This document shows, piece after piece, positions 1-8,590 of a stretch of DNA of 64,000 bases. Source of the DNA: Bacillus subtilis subsp. subtilis str. 168 (GTDB lineage Bacteria > Bacillota > Bacilli > Bacillales > Bacillaceae); contig NC_000964.3 in the NCBI RefSeq assembly GCF_000009045.1, forward strand, positions 1,054,001 to 1,118,000, read 5' to 3'. The first letter of the stretch is position 1. Each line of letters starts with the position of its first letter. Made by a program: the position numbers and the translations under genes. Under the pieces are notes generated by a model. It ran no database searches and was not told the DNA's origin. It saw only the letters and a list, made by a program, of their open reading frames with translations.

Positions 1-2
1 AA

Positions 3-653
3 ATTCCGATGATTTCAGGATATATATTGTCACGGAGTGTCCGTTATTTTGAAAGTGATGAAGGAAAAATCCGTCTTGGCAATATGATTGATGACTTTTT
101 AAAAGAGCGCGGCATGCTTGGAAGCATGGTGCAATTGTTTCTTGGCAATTCAAGCCTTGCGGATCGCGTGCTGCCGGAGCTGCTGAAATTCTTGCGCAAT
201 GAGGAAACAAATAAATTGCTTTCTGATCTCTTAAAAAACGAATGGGGCAAGCTGAGGGAGTATACGTTTAATGAAGCAGATGAAAAATGGAATGCAAAGG
301 CGCTCATTTTCAGTTTGAAACGAAGAGTGCTGCAAGCATTTTCGACTGCCCCTTTCTTCAACAATACGATTGGCACGCTTACCGTCCGCTATGAATCTGA
401 GCTGACCCAGCAAATGCTGCCGGCACTATTAGACAAATTGCTTGAAGGTATTTCGTCCAACCTTGAAAGTGTCTTAAAACGGTTGCGTCTTGAGGAAATC
501 GTCAAGGAGCAGGTGGATCAGTTCCCGGTGGAGCGTCTTGAAGAAATGGTGCTGTCCATTTCAAAAAAAGAATTTAAAATGATTACCTATTTGGGGGGCC
601 TTCTCGGCGGAATTATAGGCGCGATTCAAGCATTGTTTGTCATCCTTTTTTAA
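3..653 (+). CDS. yheB: 3' part of DUF445-family membrane protein (5'-truncated by window edge)
   Basis: Open frame from window start to TAA at 653; C-terminal EEMVLSISKKEFKMITYLGGLLGGIIG hydrophobic tail; synteny with yheA. Confidence 0.8.
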   Translation: MPMISGYILSRSVRYFESDEGKIRLGNMIDDFLKERGMLGSMVQLFLGNSSLADRVLPELLKFLRNEETNKLLSDLLKNEWGKLREYTFNEADEKWNAKALIFSLKRRVLQAFSTAPFFNNTIGTLTVRYESELTQQMLPALLDKLLEGISSNLESVLKRLRLEEIVKEQVDQFPVERLEEMVLSISKKEFKMITYLGGLLGGIIGAIQALFVILF

Positions 654-745
654 GAAGAAATGGTTTTTGATTAATGAAAGGAGCTCCATAGTCTGTTATA
701 GTGGAGTGGTATGTCAAACGGCAATGATGAAAGGAGCTATTTACA

Positions 746-1099
746 ATGGCTGTTAATTTTTATGATGTAGCGTATGATCTGGAAAATGCATTACGCGGGA
801 GCGAAGAATTCACCCGTTTAAAAAACCTTTACGACGAAGTTAACGCAGATGAATCAGCGAAGCGCATGTTCGAAAACTTCCGTGATGTACAGCTTAGACT
901 CCAGCAAAAACAAATGGCAGGAGAAGAGATTACACAAGAAGAAGTGACGCAGGCTCAAAAAACAGTTGCGCTTGTACAGCAGCACGAAAAAATTTCTCAG
1001 CTGATGGAAGCGGAGCAGCGCATGAGCATGCTGATTGGTGAATTGAACAAAATCATTATGAAGCCTTTAGAAGAGCTTTACGGCAGTGTTGAAGGCTAA
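746..1099 (+). CDS. yheA: YlbF/YmcA (Com_YlbF) family protein
   Basis: AAAGGAG RBS; 117 aa helical MAVNFYDVAYDLENALR... sequence typical of the family. Confidence 0.9.
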   Translation: MAVNFYDVAYDLENALRGSEEFTRLKNLYDEVNADESAKRMFENFRDVQLRLQQKQMAGEEITQEEVTQAQKTVALVQQHEKISQLMEAEQRMSMLIGELNKIIMKPLEELYGSVEG

Positions 1100-1104
1100 T
1101 AAGC

Positions 1105-1136
1105 AAAATCCCTTCTTGGATAAGAAGGGATTTTTT
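1105..1136. terminator. Bidirectional intrinsic terminator yheA/yhaZ
   Basis: AAAATCCCTTCTT-GGAT-AAGAAGGGATTTT hairpin with A and T tracts between convergent genes. Confidence 0.85.
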
Positions 1137-1142
1137 ATTCAC

Positions 1143-2216
1143 TCAGCAAACTTGGAAATCCAATGAATCTTTTACCTCTCCATTGATGATGACTGATAAT
1201 GTATGAATTCCTTTGTAATGCTTTCTGGTGGTTAAATCCTTAAAGGATTGGATTCTTGTGTATGACTTCGTTTCGTTTTTTCGTATATTTGTTTCTGTTA
1301 TTTTAAATACTTTCTGATGACGCTGGCCTCTTGCTTTTACAAAATCAATTGCGTACTCAATTCTTACTTTTTGATCCCTGTCTGAATGAATATAGAAAGA
1401 AAATTCAAGGCTTTCGCCAATAACTATACGTTTGGGCTGGCATGTTAAATCATGTAGTTGTATCGAATCAGCATTTTCATAACCAAAAAGCGCTAAGGCC
1501 TGTTTATCACCCTTTTTTAATAAGGTCCGATAGGCGTGTTTGATAATCCAGTCTGTATGGGGATGTGTTCCGTACCATTGATCTGCGACTTTTCTCAGTA
1601 AATGAGGATGCGTTTTTGATATATCATTAAGGTTGTTGGCCACGCTTTTTCTTACATATAAAGACTCGTCCTGCATCAGCTTCTCAAGGATCGGCAATAC
1701 GGGGGAAGGGTCCGATTTCAAAGCCGGTATCGATTTTCCCCATGGCAGGCGGGGCCTGCTGCCTTCGCTCGCAAGTCTTCTCACGTGTTCATTTTTATGC
1801 TCAGACCATGCAAGCAATTGTGCAATCATCTTTTCTTGATCTAACAGCAAAAAAGGCCTTACAGCAAATTCTGAGGTCGAATATTGCGTAAAGGATTCCA
1901 ATGCCTTTATTGATTCTTCCCAATGCGCTAACCCGTACTGTTCCACATAATCTGGAAATAAAATTCCGCTGAGTCCTTTAAAATGAGGGGCTGTATCCCG
2001 TAAAATTGTGAGCGCTTCAACGTATTGTTTTGGCAAAGTTTCGTATAAAGAAACTGTCACGCGGCGCATCCGCTCTTTTAAAGTGAGTTCAGGCCAGTCC
2101 TCCAGCCGTAATGTATCCAAGAATCTGTTTTTGTTAAAATCAGGATAGGATGACCTTACATGATGGATCAACTGAGATATCAGTTCTTCATTATATATTT
2201 CTTTTAAATCAGCCAT
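1143..2216 (-). CDS. yhaZ: DNA alkylation repair protein (AlkC/AlkD-like HEAT-repeat family)
   Basis: 357 aa; TSEFAVRPFL, HVRRLASEGSRPRLPW and YVRKSVANNLND motifs; SOS box upstream. Confidence 0.85.
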   Translation of the reverse strand: MADLKEIYNEELISQLIHHVRSSYPDFNKNRFLDTLRLEDWPELTLKERMRRVTVSLYETLPKQYVEALTILRDTAPHFKGLSGILFPDYVEQYGLAHWEESIKALESFTQYSTSEFAVRPFLLLDQEKMIAQLLAWSEHKNEHVRRLASEGSRPRLPWGKSIPALKSDPSPVLPILEKLMQDESLYVRKSVANNLNDISKTHPHLLRKVADQWYGTHPHTDWIIKHAYRTLLKKGDKQALALFGYENADSIQLHDLTCQPKRIVIGESLEFSFYIHSDRDQKVRIEYAIDFVKARGQRHQKVFKITETNIRKNETKSYTRIQSFKDLTTRKHYKGIHTLSVIINGEVKDSLDFQVC

Positions 2217-2254
2217 ATAAACACCGCTTTTTCGTTTATTATTTATATTGTATG

Positions 2255-2268
2255 GGAATGTACGTTCT
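2255..2268 (-). promoter_or_regulatory. LexA (SOS/Cheo) box of yhaZ
   Basis: AGAACGTACATTCC on minus strand vs B. subtilis consensus CGAAC-N4-GTTCG. Confidence 0.8.
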
Positions 2269-2354
2269 GGATCAAGTGTATAGTCCTAAAAATTAACAAC
2301 TGATCCTACCACGGATATACAAAAGTTGGTTACTTTTTTTAGTTAAAAAAACCC

Positions 2355-2383
2355 TTGTCATCGGAAAGGAAAACTGAGATAAT
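2355..2383 (+). promoter_or_regulatory. SigA promoter of the sRNA
   Basis: TTGTCA-N17-GATAAT with TG at the extended -10 position. Confidence 0.7.
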
Positions 2384-2388
2384 AACAT

Positions 2389-2402
2389 TGAAAGCGCCTA
2401 CA
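2389..2402 (+). promoter_or_regulatory. cre site (CcpA) over the transcription start
   Basis: TGAAAGCGCCTACA vs TGWAARCGYTWNCA. Confidence 0.7.
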
Positions 2403-2618
2403 CTTACCTATTTCAAATGGATACGGTCGCATATCATGCCGTTATATAGAGGGGATAAGCAACAGAGAGTAAGTGTTCGGAGCGCATCATTGGTCAAACA
2501 AGGGGTTCCTGATACATGATTTTTCGTAAATCGAAATAACGATATTAGGGAGAATGGCTGCTTCGATCGTATCCTATCAACAAGCCATACATAAAGTCTG
2601 CTGAGCCAGGCTTTTTTT
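2390..2618 (+). ncRNA. rosA: RosA RNA sponge for RoxS/FsrA (about 229 nt)
   Basis: Promoter + cre at 5' end; three G-rich tracts (AGAGGGG 2448, AGGGG 2501, AGGGAGA 2547); terminator AAGTCTG-CTGAGC-CAGGCTT-T5 at 3' end; no plus-strand ORF; length and features fit what I recall of RosA (S345). Confidence 0.75.
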
Positions 2619-2635
2619 GCTTTAAGAAAAGGTTG

Positions 2636-2664
2636 TTCTAAACACAGAGACAGGGTCATATCCT
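2636..2664 (+). promoter_or_regulatory. SigE-like promoter of yhaX
   Basis: TTCTAAA-N14-CATATCCT. Confidence 0.55.
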
Positions 2665-2701
2665 ATACACAAGTACAGTCATCAAGGAGGGGGACATCTC
2701 T

Positions 2702-3568
2702 GTGTCAAAACAATTGCTTGCCTTAAATATAGATGGAGCGCTGCTTCGGTCGAACGGGAAGATTCATCAGGCAACGAAAGACGCGATTGAATATGTAAAG
2801 AAAAAAGGGATTTACGTCACACTTGTGACCAACCGTCATTTTCGCTCAGCACAGAAAATAGCGAAATCGCTAAAGCTTGATGCCAAGCTGATCACCCATA
2901 GCGGGGCATATATCGCTGAGAAAATTGACGCCCCGTTTTTTGAAAAAAGAATTTCTGATGATCATACCTTTAACATTGTTCAAGTGCTGGAGAGCTATCA
3001 ATGCAATATTCGGCTTCTTCACGAAAAGTATTCCATCGGAAACAAGAAAAAGGTGAATTCGAATTTATTAGGGAAAGCACTCATTCATCCGTCTGACCCG
3101 ATCTTTTATCCAGTCCAGTTCGTTGAATCATTAAGCGATCTCCTCATGGATGAGCCGGTGAGTGCACCCGTCATCGAGGTGTACACGGAGCACGACATTC
3201 AGCATGACATTACAGAAACGATTACAAAAGCCTTCCCTGCGGTGGACGTGATTCGCGTAAACGATGAGAAACTGAATATCGTCCCGAAGGGTGTCTCGAA
3301 GGAAGCGGGTTTGGCCCTCGTCGCTTCAGAGCTGGGCCTGAGTATGGATGATGTCGTGGCCATTGGGCATCAGTATGACGATCTGCCGATGATCGAACTT
3401 GCCGGTCTTGGGGTAGCGATGGGGAATGCCGTTCCGGAAATTAAGAGAAAGGCAGATTGGGTTACAAGGTCCAATGACGAGCAAGGTGTCGCTTATATGA
3501 TGAAGGAATATTTCCGAATGCAGCAGCGAAAAGGATTTCTTGATAAGTTCCACATGAAACGTGTGTAA
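2702..3568 (+). CDS. yhaX: Cof-type HAD-fold protein (spore coat associated; catalytic motifs degenerate)
   Basis: AAGGAGGGGG RBS + GTG; HAD fold motifs recognisable (NIDGALL, KGVSK, GHQYDD, GVAMGNA). Confidence 0.85.
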   Translation: MSKQLLALNIDGALLRSNGKIHQATKDAIEYVKKKGIYVTLVTNRHFRSAQKIAKSLKLDAKLITHSGAYIAEKIDAPFFEKRISDDHTFNIVQVLESYQCNIRLLHEKYSIGNKKKVNSNLLGKALIHPSDPIFYPVQFVESLSDLLMDEPVSAPVIEVYTEHDIQHDITETITKAFPAVDVIRVNDEKLNIVPKGVSKEAGLALVASELGLSMDDVVAIGHQYDDLPMIELAGLGVAMGNAVPEIKRKADWVTRSNDEQGVAYMMKEYFRMQQRKGFLDKFHMKRV

Positions 3569-3607
3569 AAAAGCCGCTCGCGCCCTGACAGGTGCGGCGG
3601 CTTTTTT
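3569..3607 (+). terminator. Intrinsic terminator after yhaX
   Basis: AAGCCGC...GCGGCTT hairpin + T tract. Confidence 0.6.
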
Positions 3608-3679
3608 GCCGGATTGATTTTAGCAGTTTATTTCTGTACACTAAAGAAAGTTTTGAATCTGATAAATTAGGTGATGAAG

Positions 3680-5185
3680 TTGCAAATTAAAATAGAAGGC
3701 ATACATGATGACCGCCTGCATCGGCCTCTGCAAAATATTGCAAATTTGTTTTATGAAGAGTGCGAGCTTGCGTATGGCGGAGAGGAGCCCGCAGATTTTG
3801 TCATTTCTTTAGCGTTGTCACAAACGGATGAGCATGTGACGGTTTCTGGAGAAGTGAAGGGTACTGGCATAAAGGAACAGCATACAAAATTCTTTTCTCC
3901 AGACATGACTGAAAAAGAAGCTTTTAAGCAAGTGAAAAACACAATTTCTTATGTGTATCTCAATCTTCTTCAGGCGCATACGGGCATTACGCAGAAGTGG
4001 GGAATCCTCACAGGAATCCGGCCCACAAAGCTGCTTCATAAAAAACTGCAAAGCGGAATGTCCAAGGAGCAAGCGCATGCTGAGTTGAAAAAAGACTATT
4101 TAATTCATGATGAAAAAATCATGCTAATGCAGGAAATTGTTGACCGTCAGCTGGCGGCAGTGCCGGATTTGTACCGAGTAAAGGATGAAGTCAGCATTTA
4201 TATCGGCATTCCGTTCTGCCCGACAAAATGCGCGTATTGCACATTCCCTGCGTACGCTATCCAAGGACAGGCGGGCAGAGTCGGCTCATTCCTATGGGGA
4301 CTGCATTACGAAATGCAGAAAATCGGTGAATGGCTGAAGGAGCATGATGTTAAGGTTACAACCATTTACTTTGGCGGCGGGACGCCGACAAGCATTACAG
4401 CGGAGGAGATGGATCTGCTGTATGAAGAAATGGTCCGCTCCTTCCCGGATGTGAAAAACATTCGTGAGATTACGGTGGAGGCCGGTCGTCCTGACACGAT
4501 TACAGAAGAAAAACTCGCCGTTTTAAACAAATATGACATTGATCGGATCAGCATCAATCCGCAATCCTACGAAAACGAAACGCTAAAGGCGATCGGGCGG
4601 CACCATACGGTTGAAGAGACCATTGAGAAATATCATCTGTCACGCCAGCACGGCATGAATAATATTAACATGGACTTGATTATTGGTTTGCCTGGGGAAG
4701 GCGTGAAGGAGTTCAGGCACAGTCTTTCAGAAACAGAAAAACTGATGCCGGAATCCCTTACCGTTCATACTCTTTCATTTAAACGGGCGTCAGAAATGAC
4801 GAGAAACAAGCATAAGTACAAAGTTGCCGGCAGGGAAGAGGTTTCTCAAATGATGGAAGACGCGGTAGCCTGGACGAAAGAGCATGGGTACGTGCCTTAT
4901 TATTTATACCGCCAGAAAAACATTCTTGGAAACCTTGAAAACGTCGGATACTCTTTGCCGGGACAAGAAAGCATCTACAACATTATGATTATGGAAGAGG
5001 TGCAGACGATTATTGGCATCGGCTGCGGCGCTGCTAGTAAATTTATTGATCGGGATACAGGGAAAATTACGCATTTTGCGAATCCGAAAGATCCGAAATC
5101 GTACAATGAGCGCTTCGAGCACTACACGGACGAAAAAATCAAATATTTAGAGCAGATTTTTGAAAAAACGACAAAGCAGCACTGA
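3680..5185 (+). CDS. hemZ: HemN-like radical SAM protein
   Basis: TTG start after AGGTG; CPTKCAYC radical-SAM motif, YFGGGTPT, DLIIGLPG. Confidence 0.85.
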   Translation: MQIKIEGIHDDRLHRPLQNIANLFYEECELAYGGEEPADFVISLALSQTDEHVTVSGEVKGTGIKEQHTKFFSPDMTEKEAFKQVKNTISYVYLNLLQAHTGITQKWGILTGIRPTKLLHKKLQSGMSKEQAHAELKKDYLIHDEKIMLMQEIVDRQLAAVPDLYRVKDEVSIYIGIPFCPTKCAYCTFPAYAIQGQAGRVGSFLWGLHYEMQKIGEWLKEHDVKVTTIYFGGGTPTSITAEEMDLLYEEMVRSFPDVKNIREITVEAGRPDTITEEKLAVLNKYDIDRISINPQSYENETLKAIGRHHTVEETIEKYHLSRQHGMNNINMDLIIGLPGEGVKEFRHSLSETEKLMPESLTVHTLSFKRASEMTRNKHKYKVAGREEVSQMMEDAVAWTKEHGYVPYYLYRQKNILGNLENVGYSLPGQESIYNIMIMEEVQTIIGIGCGAASKFIDRDTGKITHFANPKDPKSYNERFEHYTDEKIKYLEQIFEKTTKQH

Positions 5186-5204
5186 TTACAGTGCTGCTTT
5201 TTTT
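5173..5204. terminator. Terminator hemZ/khtU
   Basis: AAAGCAGCACTG-ATTA-CAGTGCTGCTTT + T run. Confidence 0.85.
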
Positions 5205-6420
5205 ATCCCTGTTTTTTTGCGGGCTGAACCTCAGGCTTCCATTTAAATACCTTGTTCAGCAAGCGGTAAATTCGTTTTGATTCCTTTGTGACAAGCGGTC
5301 CCAAAATCGCCAGAATGAGGACATATAATGCGGCAAACGGCTTTAATGTGGCCGACAGTCCGCCGGCTATCCCGAGATTCGCAACGATAATCGAAAATTC
5401 TCCCCGCGATACGATCGTCAGCCCGATATTCGATGAAGCCTTATGAGAAAGCCCTGCGCGTCGTCCTGCCACCATTCCGGCGATAAAATTTCCCAGAATG
5501 GTCAAAATCACTGCACCCAACGCAAGCCAAACCGCTTCACCAAGCGAAAACGGATCGATGCTGAGGCCGAAGCTGAAAAAGAACATCGCACCGAAGAAGT
5601 CGCGAAACGGAACAACGAGGTGTTCAATCCTATCGGAATGCTCTGTTTCTGAAAAGACCAAACCGAGCAGCAGCGCGCCGATTGCTTCTGCTACATGAAT
5701 CGTCTCTGAAAAACCGGCGATAAAAAAGAGTGCTGCGAAAATGACGATAATAAACACTTCGTTTGAGCGAATGTCCAACAGTTTGTTCAACAGCGGCGGG
5801 AGTTTTCTTGCTGCGATAAAAAACAGCAGCATATAACCGAAGGCGATCAAAATGGACAAGAGTGCACTCCCTACGGATGTCGCATCACCTAGTATAAGGC
5901 CGGAAACAACGGACAGATATACGGCAAGGAAAATATCTTCAAACATGATGATGCCGAGAATCAATTCGGTTTCCGGGTTGGCGGTTCTTTTTAAATCAAC
6001 GAGCACTTTTGCGACAATCGCACTTGACGAGATTGTGATGACGCCTGCGAGGATGAGGACTTCCAGAAAGGAAAATCCGGTGATAAACCCGTAAAGCAGT
6101 CCGAGGCTGAAGTTAATCAAAATATAAATCGTCCCGCCGACCGCGATTGATTTTCCTGATTTGATTAACTTCCCGACAGAGAATTCGAGTCCGAGATAGA
6201 AGAGGAGGAACAGTACGCCCATTCGCCCGAAAAACTCGATGATTTCACTGCTTTGAATAAATGTTAGATCAATAATCCCCATTTTCGGCGCGTGCGGTCC
6301 AACAAGCATTCCCAGCACAATCAGAAACGGAATAATCGAAAATTTAATTTTATTGGCGATCACACTGGCGATTGCCACAAGCACAAGTGCAGTTCCGACT
6401 TCAAATACAAGATGGTCCAT
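5203..6420 (-). CDS. khtU: K+/H+ antiporter, CPA2 family membrane subunit
   Basis: 405 aa polytopic membrane protein; IMFEDI and SRGEFS CPA2 motifs. Confidence 0.9.
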   Translation of the reverse strand: MDHLVFEVGTALVLVAIASVIANKIKFSIIPFLIVLGMLVGPHAPKMGIIDLTFIQSSEIIEFFGRMGVLFLLFYLGLEFSVGKLIKSGKSIAVGGTIYILINFSLGLLYGFITGFSFLEVLILAGVITISSSAIVAKVLVDLKRTANPETELILGIIMFEDIFLAVYLSVVSGLILGDATSVGSALLSILIAFGYMLLFFIAARKLPPLLNKLLDIRSNEVFIIVIFAALFFIAGFSETIHVAEAIGALLLGLVFSETEHSDRIEHLVVPFRDFFGAMFFFSFGLSIDPFSLGEAVWLALGAVILTILGNFIAGMVAGRRAGLSHKASSNIGLTIVSRGEFSIIVANLGIAGGLSATLKPFAALYVLILAILGPLVTKESKRIYRLLNKVFKWKPEVQPAKKQG

Positions 6421-6426
6421 CGGGGC

Positions 6427-6924
6427 TCACACGCCCTCTCCAGAAAGAAAATCGTGAATCAGTTTCTTCAGATGCTTTCTCTCACCTGAGAGGACAAGGG
6501 TGTCATTTTCTTCAATAATCGAATCCGCTCCGGGATTTAGGAGCTTTTCCTGGTTGTGTTTGATAATCGCAATAACAGTGACATCGTAATTCTGGCGAAC
6601 ATCAAGCTCACCGAGTGTGCGTCCGATCGATTTGGCGCCTTTTTCGACCTTAAACCATTCAATAATAAGATCGCTGAAGGCCATTTCGATGGACTCCAGA
6701 GCTTGCGGTTTATAGACCATGCCCCCGAGAATAGCTGCAATTTGCCTTGCTTCAGAATCATCCAATGAAATATTTGAAAGAAGCTCATCCGGGTCCCGGT
6801 CATTAAACCGGTAAATTTCCCTTCTTCCGTCATCATGAATGATAATCGTCATTTTTTCGTGGCTTCTTGTTTCGATTTCAAACTTTTTGCCGATGCCCGG
6901 CAGATCGTTTTCTTTAATATTCAA
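6427..6924 (-). CDS. khtT: RCK_C (TrkA-C) regulatory subunit of KhtU
   Basis: TTG start after GGAGGG; MNIKENDLPGIGKKF and C-terminal RCK_C domain. Confidence 0.9.
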   Translation of the reverse strand: MNIKENDLPGIGKKFEIETRSHEKMTIIIHDDGRREIYRFNDRDPDELLSNISLDDSEARQIAAILGGMVYKPQALESIEMAFSDLIIEWFKVEKGAKSIGRTLGELDVRQNYDVTVIAIIKHNQEKLLNPGADSIIEENDTLVLSGERKHLKKLIHDFLSGEGV

Positions 6925-6987
6925 TGAAAATCCCTCCGAATGTAGTGTTGGCAGTATGGGGTGAGTTACAAATAAAACTTGAGCAAA

Positions 6988-7305
6988 TTATATTCGGAGG
7001 TAATTAGACTGGTATTTGACAGGGACGGCCAAAGCCTTTTCCAGCCTGTTTATCAGCGGTTCGTCAAGTGGTTTGACAGAGAGCTGCCTGACAGACTGCG
7101 CCAGCGGGCTGTACTCTTTGATCAGCTCAGCCGGGTGCATGCTGCCCGGCGATGGCGTTTTTGCCGATTGTGTTTCCTGCGGATATGAAGACATAGGCAC
7201 ATAGCTGTCAGTGCTTGCTTCAAACTGGGAAGGCAGAACCACGTCCGAAGGGGGAAAGTACACCATAAATAAACTTAACAGAAAACTGATCAGCAATTTA
7301 TCCAT
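6988..7305 (-). CDS. khtS: Small membrane-anchored accessory protein of the kht operon
   Basis: Strong GGGAGGAAAGG RBS before MDKLLISF; hydrophobic N-terminus, Pro/Ser-rich body; upstream ATGs at 7326/7329 possible. Confidence 0.75.
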   Translation of the reverse strand: MDKLLISFLLSLFMVYFPPSDVVLPSQFEASTDSYVPMSSYPQETQSAKTPSPGSMHPAELIKEYSPLAQSVRQLSVKPLDEPLINRLEKALAVPVKYQSNYLRI

Positions 7306-7462
7306 GTTCCTTTCCTCCCTTCTCATCAAGATATCCCTTCTTTTTCACTATATAAAACTTTATGTTTCCATTCAAACAATATGCATTTTTCAGTATCTAT
7401 TGACCTTGAAAAATAAAAAGGTTTATTTGGGGATGGCGGGGAATGTATAGGAGAAAGAAAAA

Positions 7463-7476
7463 AGTAAGCGCATACA
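7463..7476 (+). promoter_or_regulatory. Possible cre site upstream of yhaR
   Basis: AGTAAGCGCATACA resembles the cre consensus. Confidence 0.4.
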
Positions 7477-7490
7477 TGGAGGTGCTTTTA

Positions 7491-8258
7491 ATGGAGTTTG
7501 TTCAATATGCATGTAATGGGGCCGTTGCAGAGATTATCCTGAATCGGCCTGATGCCCATCACGCCCTGAATGAACAGATGCTGTCTGAATTGAAGGAGGC
7601 AGTCGAAATGGCGGCTGCAAGCGAGGCGCTCATCGTTCTCCTGAGAGGAAGCGGGAAAGGCTTTTCGGCCGGCGGTGATATCAGGATGATGACGTCAGAG
7701 CATGACCCTGACCAATTTAAACGGCTGATGGATACGATTGAGGCTGTCACCCTGAATTTATATCAGATGAAGAAAGTGACAATTGCAGCCATTCATGGTG
7801 CTGCTGCGGGACTGGGCCTGAGTTTGGCGCTTTGTGCGGACATTGTGCTCGCTGAAAAAAACGCCGTTCTCGCGATGAATTTTATCGGCATTGGGCTTGT
7901 TCCGGACGGCGGAGGACATTATTTGCTGAAGAAAAGAATCGGTGAAGCAAAAGCGAAAAAACTGATTTGGAGCGGAAAAAAACTATCTGCCTCGGAAGCT
8001 GCCGATATGGGGCTTCTTGATGGGACATTTGCCGGAGACCCTGCCGAAGGCGCAAGACCCATTATCGAAACCCTGTTGGCCTCCCCTCTTTTGGCGATGA
8101 TCGAAACGAAAGGTATTTTTCAAAGCCTCCAAATTGAAGAACTGAAAAAAGTGCTATCCCTTGAGCGCAGCGCCCAAGAGAGAATGAGAAGGACCAAGGA
8201 TCACCAAGAAGGAATCCGTGCCTTTTTAGAAAAACGGGAGCCGAAGTTTCAAGCGTAA
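7491..8258 (+). CDS. yhaR: Enoyl-CoA hydratase/isomerase (crotonase) family protein
   Basis: GGAGGTG RBS; FSAGGDI, AAIHGAAAG, GLVPDGGG. Confidence 0.9.
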   Translation: MEFVQYACNGAVAEIILNRPDAHHALNEQMLSELKEAVEMAAASEALIVLLRGSGKGFSAGGDIRMMTSEHDPDQFKRLMDTIEAVTLNLYQMKKVTIAAIHGAAAGLGLSLALCADIVLAEKNAVLAMNFIGIGLVPDGGGHYLLKKRIGEAKAKKLIWSGKKLSASEAADMGLLDGTFAGDPAEGARPIIETLLASPLLAMIETKGIFQSLQIEELKKVLSLERSAQERMRRTKDHQEGIRAFLEKREPKFQA

Positions 8259-8278
8259 CAGATCAGCCGGAAAGCTGA

Positions 8279-8464
8279 TCATCTGTGAAACAAAATCAGC
8301 TTTCCGGCTGCATTGACTAAACGATGAGTATGACTATGAAGCTCTTTTTCTTTTAAGAGGGCTTCACCATGCGTTTTTGCCGCTTCTTCATGTTCTGCCT
8401 CGAATTGCTCGTTTACCAGCGTGTTCCCCGAAGGATCAAATACGGTAAGGAAATAATCAGCCAT
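8279..8464 (-). CDS. yhzD: YhzD family small protein
   Basis: GGAGGAG RBS; 61 aa ending THRLVNAAGKLILFHR. Confidence 0.8.
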   Translation of the reverse strand: MADYFLTVFDPSGNTLVNEQFEAEHEEAAKTHGEALLKEKELHSHTHRLVNAAGKLILFHR

Positions 8465-8590
8465 CAGGTTTCTCCTCCATTTTAAGGTTTATCAGTCTTT
8501 CTTCATTTATATTCTAAAAAGGAAATCAAAATCCTTTATTATGCTTTATCCAAAATTAGTATATAATGGGTCAGGGAAGGAGGAGATTCA

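Noticed and set aside
2408-2659. 83-aa minus-strand ORF (historic yhaY-type call)
   Set aside because: Weak RBS and implausible composition, and it lies antisense to a complete promoter-cre-terminator sRNA cassette
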